From Erysipelotrichaceae bacterium (GTDB lineage: Bacteria; Bacillota_I; Bacilli_A; Erysipelotrichales; Erysipelotrichaceae), in NCBI GenBank assembly GCA_030604855.1, contig JAUVVC010000001.1, positions 1 through 32,000 of the forward strand: a stretch of 32,000 bases of DNA, read 5' to 3'. Positions 24,249-32,000 of this stretch are shown here, piece by piece. The position numbers were made by a program, and so were the translations under genes. The notes under the pieces were generated by a model. The model worked only from the letters and a program-made list of their open reading frames with translations. It ran no database searches and was not told the origin of the DNA. The stretch's first letter is position 1. Every line of letters begins with the position of its first letter.

Positions 24249-24569
24249 ATGTTGGTTTTAAAGGATCGGCAATTCGATCCAACGATTGAAGATCATACCT
24301 TCATCAAAGATCAGATTGTTGGCTTACGTACAGTCGATGATGTCTTGGTGGTGGATTGGACGAAAAGCCCGCTGACGCCACAGGAAATCACTTGTACGTA
24401 TCTACCCATCGTTGAATTTGCCCACGAACTGGCGTATCGTGTTGAGCTCAAGATTCCCCTTGTCTTAATGACGCGCTTTTCATACGATGCGGATCCGATT
24501 GTTTTCTGTGGTCATACCTTGAATCCCTTTGCGTTTGAGGATGTGGAAGTCATACTCGATAAAAAATGA
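24249..24569 (+). CDS. Hypothetical 106-aa protein downstream of the hydrogenase gene
   Basis: ORF starting 13 nt after the hydrogenase stop, on the same strand, and ending at a shared terminator. No motif recognised. Confidence 0.45.
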   Translation: MLVLKDRQFDPTIEDHTFIKDQIVGLRTVDDVLVVDWTKSPLTPQEITCTYLPIVEFAHELAYRVELKIPLVLMTRFSYDADPIVFCGHTLNPFAFEDVEVILDKK

Positions 24570-24588
24570 GGACGTTTCGTCCTCTTTT
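24568..24588. terminator. Bidirectional hairpin terminator
   Basis: gaggacg / ttt / cgtcctc flanked by AAAAAA and TTTT. Confidence 0.65.
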
Positions 24589-25816
24589 ACTTGGCTTTGA
24601 TTTGATAAAGACGCCCTGCATCCGTGATGGCGTAGAGTGAGCCATCGATGCCTTGAGCCACATCCCGAAAGCGTTGTTTTTCGCTCTGCAATAAATGTTC
24701 TTCCGCAAGTACCGTATCCCCATCCAATACAATTCGTACGATGGCTTCTGCTCGCAAGCCGGCGATGAAGAGATTGTTTTGCCATTCTTCAAACATCGTG
24801 TGGTCATAGAAAATCATTCCACTGGGGGCAATGACGGGATCCCAGTAATAACGGGGTTCTTCCATGCCTTCTTTTTGCGTGAGTTTGTCTCCAATGGGAT
24901 TCCCATTGTATTCTTCACCATACGAAACGATTGGCCATCCATAGTTCTTCTCATATTGAATCAAATTAAGCTCATCCCCACCTTGCGGTCCCATTTCATT
25001 AGCCCATACCTCTTTCGTAAGGGGATGAATGGCGATGCCTTGCACATTGCGATGACCCAAGGAGAATACCGTAGTGGTGAAGCCTTCCACGATTTCTCCG
25101 TCTTTGCTTAGATAGTGAATCTTGCCATTTCCGTTCTCAGGATCTTGGGCTTGCATGCGTCGATCGAAATCTTGACGATCACCTGTGCTTAGATAAATGT
25201 TTTGCTTATCATCAAAGACGATCCGGCCCCCAAGGTGATTGTTTCCACTGAGATAGGGAAGTGCGACAAAGATGGTTTCAAAGTCATTGAGACGCTCGTT
25301 CTCTAAGTCCAACACGGCACGTCCGATTGCGGTTGCGGAACCTTGTGATGTGAGCAGAGCGTAGGTGAAGTAAAGGGTGGAATCTTGTTCATACTCAGGA
25401 CTGATGGACAGATCCAATAAGCCACCTTGGTTCTGTGTGTTGATGGTAGGGAAACCACTGATTCTTGAAAGAAAGGTTCCATCGTGATCTAAAACGACCA
25501 ATCGACCTTGTTTCTCCGTGATGACAAGTCGACCATCCGGAAGGACATCGATGCCCCAAGGCTCCACTAAGTCTTGGTTGAGGATCGCATAGGAATAGGA
25601 TGCCTGCGTCTGTGTGCTGGAGGCACGGGTCTGAGCTTTGAAAGCAGGTTCAAAGTCTGTGTTAGGACTGCGTGTTTCAAGCGGTGGATACAAAACAAGG
25701 CTTGGTTCTTCGACTTCAGGTATACGTGGCTCATTAATGATGGGTTTTGTTTCAGCTGTTGATGAACAAGCACTGATGAAAATTAGAATTGAGATGAGAA
25801 GGATGATTTGTTTCAT
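24587..25816 (-). CDS. PQQ-dependent sugar (glucose/sorbosone) dehydrogenase-family beta-propeller lipoprotein
   Basis: Start at MKQIILLISILIFISACSS (lipobox) after AGGAGG. Sequence includes PWGIDVLPDGRLVITEKQGRL, GGLLDLSISPEY, HLGGRIVFD, SLGHRNVQGIAIHP and YGWP. Confidence 0.8.
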   Translation of the reverse strand: MKQIILLISILIFISACSSTAETKPIINEPRIPEVEEPSLVLYPPLETRSPNTDFEPAFKAQTRASSTQTQASYSYAILNQDLVEPWGIDVLPDGRLVITEKQGRLVVLDHDGTFLSRISGFPTINTQNQGGLLDLSISPEYEQDSTLYFTYALLTSQGSATAIGRAVLDLENERLNDFETIFVALPYLSGNNHLGGRIVFDDKQNIYLSTGDRQDFDRRMQAQDPENGNGKIHYLSKDGEIVEGFTTTVFSLGHRNVQGIAIHPLTKEVWANEMGPQGGDELNLIQYEKNYGWPIVSYGEEYNGNPIGDKLTQKEGMEEPRYYWDPVIAPSGMIFYDHTMFEEWQNNLFIAGLRAEAIVRIVLDGDTVLAEEHLLQSEKQRFRDVAQGIDGSLYAITDAGRLYQIKAK

Positions 25817-25956
25817 GCGTTTCCTCCTATGATTAAGCTCAGTATAGGTTGTGTTCAATCATTTTTTAAGCTGAATGCCCATCTTTTTATGAAACGATCG
25901 ACCAAAATAAAAGCTTGGTCTTGAAATAGAGAATTAAAGCGTGTAGATTCACTAGT

Positions 25957-26799
25957 ATGGACTCAAATCAAAAACTAAAAGATTACTTAAGTAAACACGA
26001 AGTGAAGCTGGTCGCAAGCGATCTGGATGGGACCTTGTTGGATAAGTTTGGCATGCTCAGTGAAGCGAACCGCGAAGCCATCAAAGAAATCAAGCAGCGT
26101 GGCATAAAATTTGCCATCGTGACAGGAAGACCCTACTTTTCAGTCGGACCGTTACTATCCATGTGGGGCATTGAAGGTCTGGTGGATGTGATCATCGCAA
26201 ACAATGGCCTTGAGATCGGCATCCAAACCACAGGTGAACTACTTTTGGGTGAGAAACTGAGTGTGGATGCGATTCACTCGATCTTGGACTTGTATCAAGA
26301 TATTCCGGGTAACTTCTGTTTCTATGGTGACAATGCCTTGTATGGTGAAGAAATGGATGCGTTCATGAAACGTGTCAGTGTCAAGAATCATCTGCCCGCG
26401 TATGTGGTGGATCTTAAAACCTTCATTAAAAAAGACCTTGAGAAACTTCTCTTGGCCTGTGATCCCAATGATTTGGATTTGATCAATCGATTCTATCTTG
26501 ATCATCAAAGTGAATTGTATCGTGGTTTCAAATCACAAGATTATCTCTTTGAGTTCATGCATCCCAGCGTAAGCAAGTTGGGTGGCATTGAAAAACTGGC
26601 TCGCCATCTCAACTTCAAGGTTGAAGAGGTTGTGGCCTTTGGAGACAATCTCAATGATCTGGAGATGATTCAAGGCAGTGGCTTTGGAGTCGCCATGATC
26701 AATGGGGATGATGAAGTTAAAACGCATGCAAAGATCATCGCACCACATCATGATGAAGATGGCTTTGCGCACATCGTAAATCAAATGTTCGAACACTAA
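25957..26799 (+). CDS. Cof-type HAD-IIB phosphatase
   Basis: LVASDLDGTLL (DxD nucleophile motif), IVTGRPY, a cap domain, and the C-terminal FGDNLNDLEM. Confidence 0.85.
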   Translation: MDSNQKLKDYLSKHEVKLVASDLDGTLLDKFGMLSEANREAIKEIKQRGIKFAIVTGRPYFSVGPLLSMWGIEGLVDVIIANNGLEIGIQTTGELLLGEKLSVDAIHSILDLYQDIPGNFCFYGDNALYGEEMDAFMKRVSVKNHLPAYVVDLKTFIKKDLEKLLLACDPNDLDLINRFYLDHQSELYRGFKSQDYLFEFMHPSVSKLGGIEKLARHLNFKVEEVVAFGDNLNDLEMIQGSGFGVAMINGDDEVKTHAKIIAPHHDEDGFAHIVNQMFEH

Positions 26800-27152
26800 A
26801 CCATTAGGATTCGAACATTTTTTTCTTCGATGGCCTTACATTCGTCCTCATCCGCCAAATCGTCCGTGATCAAGATGTCCACGCGGGATAAGGCATTGGA
26901 TACAAAGGAATGATTGTGTCCGATCTTGGTGGAATCGGCTAAGACGAAGCGCGTCCCGGTACACTGTTTCAACATCAATTCGTTGATGGCGACTTCGGCT
27001 AAAACGGCCGTTGTAATGCCGACCTTAGAGGAAATTCCGCTGCAGCCGATGAAGGTTTTATTGGCACTGACGCGCGAGAGATTGTTTATCGCGAATTCAC
27101 CCACCATGGATTCTTTGGGTTCACGAAGTTCACCACTGGCATGTTGGTTCAA
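26796..27152 (-). pseudogene. 5'-truncated DeoR/GlpR-family regulator: only the C-terminal half of the sugar-phosphate sensor domain remains, and the HTH is missing
   Basis: GELREPKESMVGEFAINNLSRVSANKTFIGCSGIS ... FVLADSTKIGHNHSF ... VDILITDD matches the distal DeoR C-terminal domain. The reading frame runs directly into the opposing transketolase fragment. Confidence 0.7.
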
Positions 27153-27479
27153 GAAGCGATGAAAGCAGCTGCATTATTGGCTGAACAAGGTATCGAAGTT
27201 TCTGTCATCAACATCCATACGATCAAACCTTTGGATGAAGCACTTATCTTAGAATATGCTCAACGTTCCAAACTGGTCGTGACCTGTGAGGAACACTCGA
27301 AGTTTGGTGGTTTGGGTTCTGCGGTCGCGGAAACCTTGAGTAAGAATCATCCTACCAAGATGGCGATGGTGGCCATCAATGACACCTTTGGCGAGAGCGG
27401 GACACCCGCTGCACTGATCGAGAAATATGGTTTGACGGCCAAAGATATCGTCAAGACTGTCCTTGAAAGCTTTAAATAA
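27141..27479 (+). pseudogene. 5'-truncated transketolase C-terminal subunit: only the Transketolase_C domain (about 110 aa) remains
   Basis: LVQEAMKAAALLAEQGIEVSVINIHTIKPLDEALI ... VVTCEEHSKFGGLGSAVAETL ... TFGESGTPAALIEKYGLTAKDI. Its own terminator is retained. Confidence 0.75.
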
Positions 27480-27541
27480 AATTGAATCAAATTCCAAATT
27501 CTCTTGAATTTTAAACATATAAATCACATAAATTTTTAACG

Positions 27542-27574
27542 AAACCCCTTGTTTACACAAGGGTTTTTCTTTTG
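27542..27574 (+). terminator. Rho-independent terminator after the transketolase remnant
   Basis: cccttg (27546-27551) pairs with caaggg (27558-27563), loop tttaca, followed by TTTTTCTTTT. Confidence 0.65.
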
Positions 27575-27676
27575 ATTGAACAGTCTTTACTGAGGTGTTA
27601 TATTGAAACTGTTGAGTTTATTAATGAGCTCTGTTCATTGATTATTTTAGTCAATCATCGAATAAAGGAGAGAAAC

Positions 27677-28549
27677 ATGCGTCATCGTAAGACCATCGCC
27701 ACATTAACTATTCTTCTACTCTTACTAACAATTTTAAGCAGCGTACTGGGGATTCGAGCCTTTCAAATGGTAGATGGACCTCAATTCACTTCCCTTTATG
27801 GGGAACATATTCAATTGTTTGGACATGGTATATATGCCAAAGATTCAGTGTCGGTTGCAGTTCAAGGAATTGCGTCAGACTTTGTGACACTCTTTGTCAT
27901 GGTTCCCGTGACGATCTTCGCCTTATTGTCCATGCTTAGGAAATCCTTAAAAGGAACACTTGTCCTAACGGGACTGTTAGCTTACTTTCTCTATACCTAC
28001 ACATCATATACCTTTCTATGGATGTACAATCCCTTGTTTCTGGTGTATGTCGCTCAGATGTCATTGAGCTTCTTCGCCTTTGTCTTATTGATGATGAGTT
28101 TTGATATTCAACGCTTGCGAAATGCTATTTTGCCATCTTTTCCAAGATTGCCATTGATTGTGTTCATGGTGGTATTATCGATTTTAGTCGCAATGATGTG
28201 GTTGGGGCGAATCATTCCAGCGATGCTTGATGGAGTGGCACCCCTTGGTTTGGAGCACTATACGACATTGGTCATTCAAGCCTTGGATTTAGGTTTTGTG
28301 ATTCCGGCGAGCTTGGTCACCGTAGTTTTGTTGGCTCGTGATCATGTTTGGGGTTATTTCTTAGGCACAATCCTTATCTTTAAGTACGTGGCTTTATTGA
28401 TGGCAATATCGGCGATGGTTCTACTTATGTTCATTGAGAATACAGGGGCTTCCATGATTGAAGGCGCTGTGTTCATCGGTTTCACCGTCTTGGCATTAGC
28501 AATGATAACGTTTGTTTTTCGTGGCATTCGATCCACGCACATGACTTGA
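27677..28549 (+). CDS. Polytopic membrane protein, function unknown
   Basis: The ATG at 27677 follows AAAGGAG. N-terminal anchor is MRHRKTIATLTILLLLLTIL, with about 8 hydrophobic helices. Confidence 0.55.
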   Translation: MRHRKTIATLTILLLLLTILSSVLGIRAFQMVDGPQFTSLYGEHIQLFGHGIYAKDSVSVAVQGIASDFVTLFVMVPVTIFALLSMLRKSLKGTLVLTGLLAYFLYTYTSYTFLWMYNPLFLVYVAQMSLSFFAFVLLMMSFDIQRLRNAILPSFPRLPLIVFMVVLSILVAMMWLGRIIPAMLDGVAPLGLEHYTTLVIQALDLGFVIPASLVTVVLLARDHVWGYFLGTILIFKYVALLMAISAMVLLMFIENTGASMIEGAVFIGFTVLALAMITFVFRGIRSTHMT

Positions 28550-28555
28550 TACGAT

Positions 28556-29179
28556 ATGCGGAGATTTGAACGAGTTCTGATCGCATCCGGTATGTTGGGT
28601 GTGATTCTATATGTATTGCACACGATTATTGGCCAAATTCTTTGGCCAGCTTATGACCCCATTGCGATGGATATTAGTTCATTGACAGCAGATGGGGCAC
28701 CGAATGCCGCATTATTACGGTTCATGTGTGATGCGTATGCATGGACAATGTTGGCGATGGTTGGTACCTTGTTGATGCATACAAAACGCAAGAAGCAGAA
28801 CGCTTTGTTTATTGGGTTTAGTGTATTGATGGTCATGCAAATGACATCGTATTTCGGATATGGGTTATTCCCACTCGATGGTGATAAAACACAAATGTCA
28901 TTTCAGAACCAAATGCATATCCTGGTAACGATCATTGTTGTTTTTTCAACGATTTTGTCCTTCTTCCTAATTGCTTATGGCTTTCATAGAATTTCTCAAG
29001 CCAAGCTTAGAAACACCAGCTTGGTCTTTGCAATCCTAGTTACTGTATTTGGAGCACTGAATCCAATCATGATGGCGCAAGGAAGGAATATTTTAGGTTT
29101 GACGGAACGCTTAGTCATTTTTACGATCATGATTTATATGTTTGGTTTGTCATATTATTACAGTGTCATGGAAGTTTGA
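28556..29179 (+). CDS. DUF998-like membrane protein
   Basis: 6-TM protein with WPAYDPIAMDISSLTADGAP near the N-terminus, which is typical of DUF998. Confidence 0.6.
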   Translation: MRRFERVLIASGMLGVILYVLHTIIGQILWPAYDPIAMDISSLTADGAPNAALLRFMCDAYAWTMLAMVGTLLMHTKRKKQNALFIGFSVLMVMQMTSYFGYGLFPLDGDKTQMSFQNQMHILVTIIVVFSTILSFFLIAYGFHRISQAKLRNTSLVFAILVTVFGALNPIMMAQGRNILGLTERLVIFTIMIYMFGLSYYYSVMEV

Positions 29180-29275
29180 AAACCCAATCGATTGTATTAA
29201 TCCGGTATGTGTTGAGTCAGTTCTTAGTTGAATGTTTTAAAGGTGGTATAATGAAAGCATAAGAAGGTGATATTC

Positions 29276-29752
29276 ATGAAAGCCATCATATTCGTTCGCC
29301 ATTCAATTGCAGAGGATCTGTTAGATGGGATGGATGATGCGACGCGATCCTTGACCGAAAAGGGGAAAAAGAAGCTTCGCAAGATTAGTCCTTTTTTGAA
29401 ACAGATGATTCGTGAGTTTGAGACAGTATCCATTTTTAGCTCGAACCTGAAACGATCAATTCAAAGTGCTCAGATCTTAGCGAAGCGTCTCAAACGTAAT
29501 TATGCGGGTGAACAGACTTTTCTTCAGACCGGAGATACCGAAGCATTACTTGATTTGATAAGAGACGAAGATGTGGAATGCCTCATCTTGGTAGGGCATC
29601 AACCTTATCTAAGTGAGTTCAGTGAAAATTTGAGTGGTCTTGATCTACCGTTTGAAACTTGTGCGTGTGCATGCTTTAGAATCGATGAGGATGAATTCAA
29701 TCTGGAGTGGTTCGCGCAACCGCATTGGATGATGCGACATGGCAAGTCATAA
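29276..29752 (+). CDS. SixA-like histidine phosphatase (His_Phos_1 superfamily)
   Basis: The ATG at 29276 follows AAGGTGA. Sequence MKAIIFVRHSIAE carries the RH catalytic motif, and ILVGHQPYLSEF holds the second His. Confidence 0.7.
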   Translation: MKAIIFVRHSIAEDLLDGMDDATRSLTEKGKKKLRKISPFLKQMIREFETVSIFSSNLKRSIQSAQILAKRLKRNYAGEQTFLQTGDTEALLDLIRDEDVECLILVGHQPYLSEFSENLSGLDLPFETCACACFRIDEDEFNLEWFAQPHWMMRHGKS

Positions 29753-30560
29753 ACGCCTTGCTGTAACTCTTTTATCAAAATTATGGACTGCACAGTGTGA
29801 ACAAATCATTTTATGTGCGAAGTCGGTACAAGGTGTTGAAGAAGAGATTGAAATCGTACATCAGTATCGCATCGCAATCCGTAAAGCTCGATCTTTACTC
29901 GTATTTATGAAGCCTCTTTTGAAAGTGGCTTTTTTTATTCAAGTGAATGATCAATTGAAAGGATTTGCGAATCATTTCTCTAAAGTACGAGAGTGGGATG
30001 TACTGCTTGAATACTATCAAAGTACGTACCTGGAACATGTGGATGAAGACAAAAAATTAACAGAATACTTATTGGAAGTGCAAAGAAAAAATCGATTGGA
30101 TGCATATTCGCATTATGATGTTCAAGTCATCGTAGCTACTCTACAAACCTATATGCAAGATTTCGAAGTGAACGGATTTAAACATAAAGCAAAAAATGTA
30201 ACATGTTTATCTTTCGTCAAGAAACGAGCTAAGATATTGCGTAAAGCAATCGAACAAAAAGAAGACCGTTTGAAACCTAATGATTTCAAACGGATCCATG
30301 CTTACCGTATCGCGAACAAACGTCTCCGTTATGCACTTGAGTTGCTCAATCCTGATTTTGATGATGCATTCGATAAGCGAATAAAACGTTTGAAAGCAAA
30401 AACCGATCAATTGGGAAATCGTTGTGATCTTTATGTCATGCAAGAAGACTTACATGCTTTACGTGTGATTTGGGATCAAAACAGCGAAAAGATGATTTCT
30501 TTAAATGACTTTTTGATGTACATTTCATCTGAAATGACAAAGTCTGAAGCAAATGGATAA
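29739..30560 (+). CDS. CHAD-domain protein
   Basis: Helical protein with repeated H-x-x-R-x-x-x-K-x-x-R blocks (VHQYRIAIRKARSLL, IHAYRIANKRLRYALELL). It overlaps the SixA-like gene by 14 nt. Confidence 0.75.
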   Translation: MASHKRLAVTLLSKLWTAQCEQIILCAKSVQGVEEEIEIVHQYRIAIRKARSLLVFMKPLLKVAFFIQVNDQLKGFANHFSKVREWDVLLEYYQSTYLEHVDEDKKLTEYLLEVQRKNRLDAYSHYDVQVIVATLQTYMQDFEVNGFKHKAKNVTCLSFVKKRAKILRKAIEQKEDRLKPNDFKRIHAYRIANKRLRYALELLNPDFDDAFDKRIKRLKAKTDQLGNRCDLYVMQEDLHALRVIWDQNSEKMISLNDFLMYISSEMTKSEANG

Positions 30561-30616
30561 AGCAATCACGATAATCTTTGTTAAACTAAAATAAAGTGCT
30601 GCGAAAGGAAATCATT

Positions 30617-31639
30617 ATGAAACTTGGAATCGTTGGGGCGGGTATGATCGTCCATGATGTCTTGAGCTTTTTAACTCAGGTCAAAGGCATCGAAATCACT
30701 GCGATCTGCAGTCGCAAATCAAGCTATGAAAAAGCAAAGCAATTGGCCCAACAGGCAGACATCCCTTTGGTGTATGAGGATTTGGAAGCGATGTTAGAGG
30801 ATGATCAAATCGACGCGATCTACATTGGTGTACCCAATGATCAACACTTTGCCTTGGCGAAAACAGCCTTGTTGGCAAAGAAACATGTGCTCGTCGAAAA
30901 ACCCTTCACCAGCAATCATCGTGAAGCTTTGGTTTTGGCAGATTTGGCAAAAGAACAGGGTTGCATTCTCTATGAAGCGGTTTCGACGCATCATCTTCCC
31001 AACATGCTTTATTTGAAAGAGGACTTGCCTAAACTGGGCGAAATTCGTATCGTCACTTTAAACTATTCACAATATTCAAGCCGCTATGATGCGTTTAAAC
31101 AAGGCGTCATCGCACCTGCTTTTGACCCGAAGTTGTCGGGTGGAGCTTTGATGGATCTGAACATCTACAACTTGAATTTTGTCTTAAACTTATTTGGTGA
31201 ACCAACGAATGTGGAATATTTCGCCAATGTTCAGAAGGGTATTGATACTTCAGGTATCTTGATTTTGGATTATCCAACGTTCAAATGTGTCTGTACAGGG
31301 GCTAAGGATTGTAAGGCTCCGCTCTTTAACAGCATTCAAGGGGAGAAGGGTTCGATCATCATTCAATCTTCAGTGAGTACCTTGGTTAATTACCAAGTAA
31401 TTCTTAATGATTCAACTAAGAAGCAAAGTTCAACGACTGAAGGTGAAATTTTCAACTACAGTGAAGGGAAACATCGTATGTTTGATGTCTTTGTGGAGTT
31501 TGAACGGATCGTTCGTGAGGATGATCGTACGCAAGCGCAGAAAATGTTGGATCTCAGTGTGTTGAGCATGAAGGTTCAAACAGAAGCAAGAATGAAAGCA
31601 GGCATCGTCTTTCCTGCAGACTTGAGTGAGGTGCAGTGA
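30617..31639 (+). CDS. Gfo/Idh/MocA-family NAD(P)-dependent oxidoreductase
   Basis: The ATG at 30617 follows GAAAGGAAA. Sequence: MKLGIVGAGMIVHD (Rossmann fold), AIYIGVPNDQHF, VLVEKPF. Confidence 0.85.
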   Translation: MKLGIVGAGMIVHDVLSFLTQVKGIEITAICSRKSSYEKAKQLAQQADIPLVYEDLEAMLEDDQIDAIYIGVPNDQHFALAKTALLAKKHVLVEKPFTSNHREALVLADLAKEQGCILYEAVSTHHLPNMLYLKEDLPKLGEIRIVTLNYSQYSSRYDAFKQGVIAPAFDPKLSGGALMDLNIYNLNFVLNLFGEPTNVEYFANVQKGIDTSGILILDYPTFKCVCTGAKDCKAPLFNSIQGEKGSIIIQSSVSTLVNYQVILNDSTKKQSSTTEGEIFNYSEGKHRMFDVFVEFERIVREDDRTQAQKMLDLSVLSMKVQTEARMKAGIVFPADLSEVQ

Positions 31640-32000
31640 TGAACTTCAATGAGTTCTTGCATGCCCAAGCCCTGGAGATGGGTTTGGAGGCGGTTCGTTT
31701 CGTGAAAGAGCGTCAATGGCGACGGATTGGAGTCCGCATCATTCTCCATGATGTCTTGGTTTTTCAATACTTGATGGACGGTAAGAACGAAGATAATTAC
31801 CTTCAAGGAAAGATCAATGTCGTTAAAGAGACAGGTCTGAGTTCGGATGAAGTTTACAATCGAAGAACAGAATTTGAACACTTGTTGGATAAAGCGGAAT
31901 ATTGCGTCAGTGGTGGAGCGGTTCCCATCCTTGTGAATAATGAACTTTACGGAGTCATCGCCATCTCAGGGATGACGCAAGAAAAAGATCATGCGTTGGC
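31639..32000 (+). CDS. GlcG/HbpS-like (Haem_degrading, UPF0303-type) protein, 3'-partial at the window edge
   Basis: The ATG overlaps the upstream stop (TGATG at 31637-31641) and the frame is open to nt 32000. The SGGAVPI ... GVIAISGMTQEKDH block is typical of the family. Confidence 0.55.
   Translation, partial: MNFNEFLHAQALEMGLEAVRFVKERQWRRIGVRIILHDVLVFQYLMDGKNEDNYLQGKINVVKETGLSSDEVYNRRTEFEHLLDKAEYCVSGGAVPILVNNELYGVIAISGMTQEKDHAL

Noticed and set aside
1-32000. CRISPR arrays, rRNA genes, complete tRNA genes, prophage structural genes, integrases
   Set aside because: Reading both strands by eye, I found no regularly spaced direct repeats, no rRNA-like conserved blocks, no cloverleaf-compatible segments, and no tyrosine or serine recombinase motifs.

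Overview
This 32-kb window looks like a Firmicutes-type chromosome (AGGAGG-type ribosome-binding sites, hairpin plus T-run terminators) and has two compositional parts. Part 1 (nt 1 to about 9370) is an AT-rich accessory region. Hand counts of single 60-nt lines give 28-32% G+C here versus 37-52% further right. It holds a 5'-partial transposase-like gene at the window edge and a complete IS256-family element (120-1493; terminal inverted repeats matching 26/32; no target-site duplication). A defence-island-like gene set follows: a solitary TIR-like / nucleoside-2-deoxyribosyltransferase-like protein with an unrecognisable C-terminal domain (1626-2783, -), a 68-aa orphan ORF, and a GIY-YIG nuclease with a C-terminal HTH behind a perfect TTGACA-17-TATAAT promoter (3410-4213, -). 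Next comes a same-strand cassette: small XRE/HTH (4354-4569), OLD-family ATPase+Toprim nuclease (4649-6652), UvrD-like SF1 helicase (6660-8417) and Mrr-type PD-(D/E)xK nuclease (8455-9192). OLD plus UvrD is a Gabija-like core. The tightly attached extra nuclease and the leading HTH are not part of the described two-gene system, so this cassette is my best candidate for an undescribed variant. The TIR-like protein is the second candidate. Part 2 (about 9400-32000) is ordinary core genome. It encodes a DUF1275 membrane protein, an Amidase_3 cell-wall amidase, a LysR-controlled RraA-like/GltS pair, several membrane proteins, and a DUF2975-like/HTH/lipoprotein operon with twin palindromic operators. 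It also encodes GNAT, HIT, DUF1801, Fe-ADH, pseudouridine kinase/glycosidase (psuK-psuG), an [FeFe]-hydrogenase-family protein, a PQQ-type sugar dehydrogenase lipoprotein, a Cof-type HAD phosphatase, SixA-like plus CHAD, a Gfo/Idh/MocA oxidoreductase and a partial GlcG/UPF0303-like gene. A head-to-head deletion scar joins a truncated DeoR regulator to a truncated transketolase C-terminal subunit at about 27141-27152. I found no rRNA, complete tRNA or CRISPR array. All functional calls come from motif recognition by eye; no database search was run.
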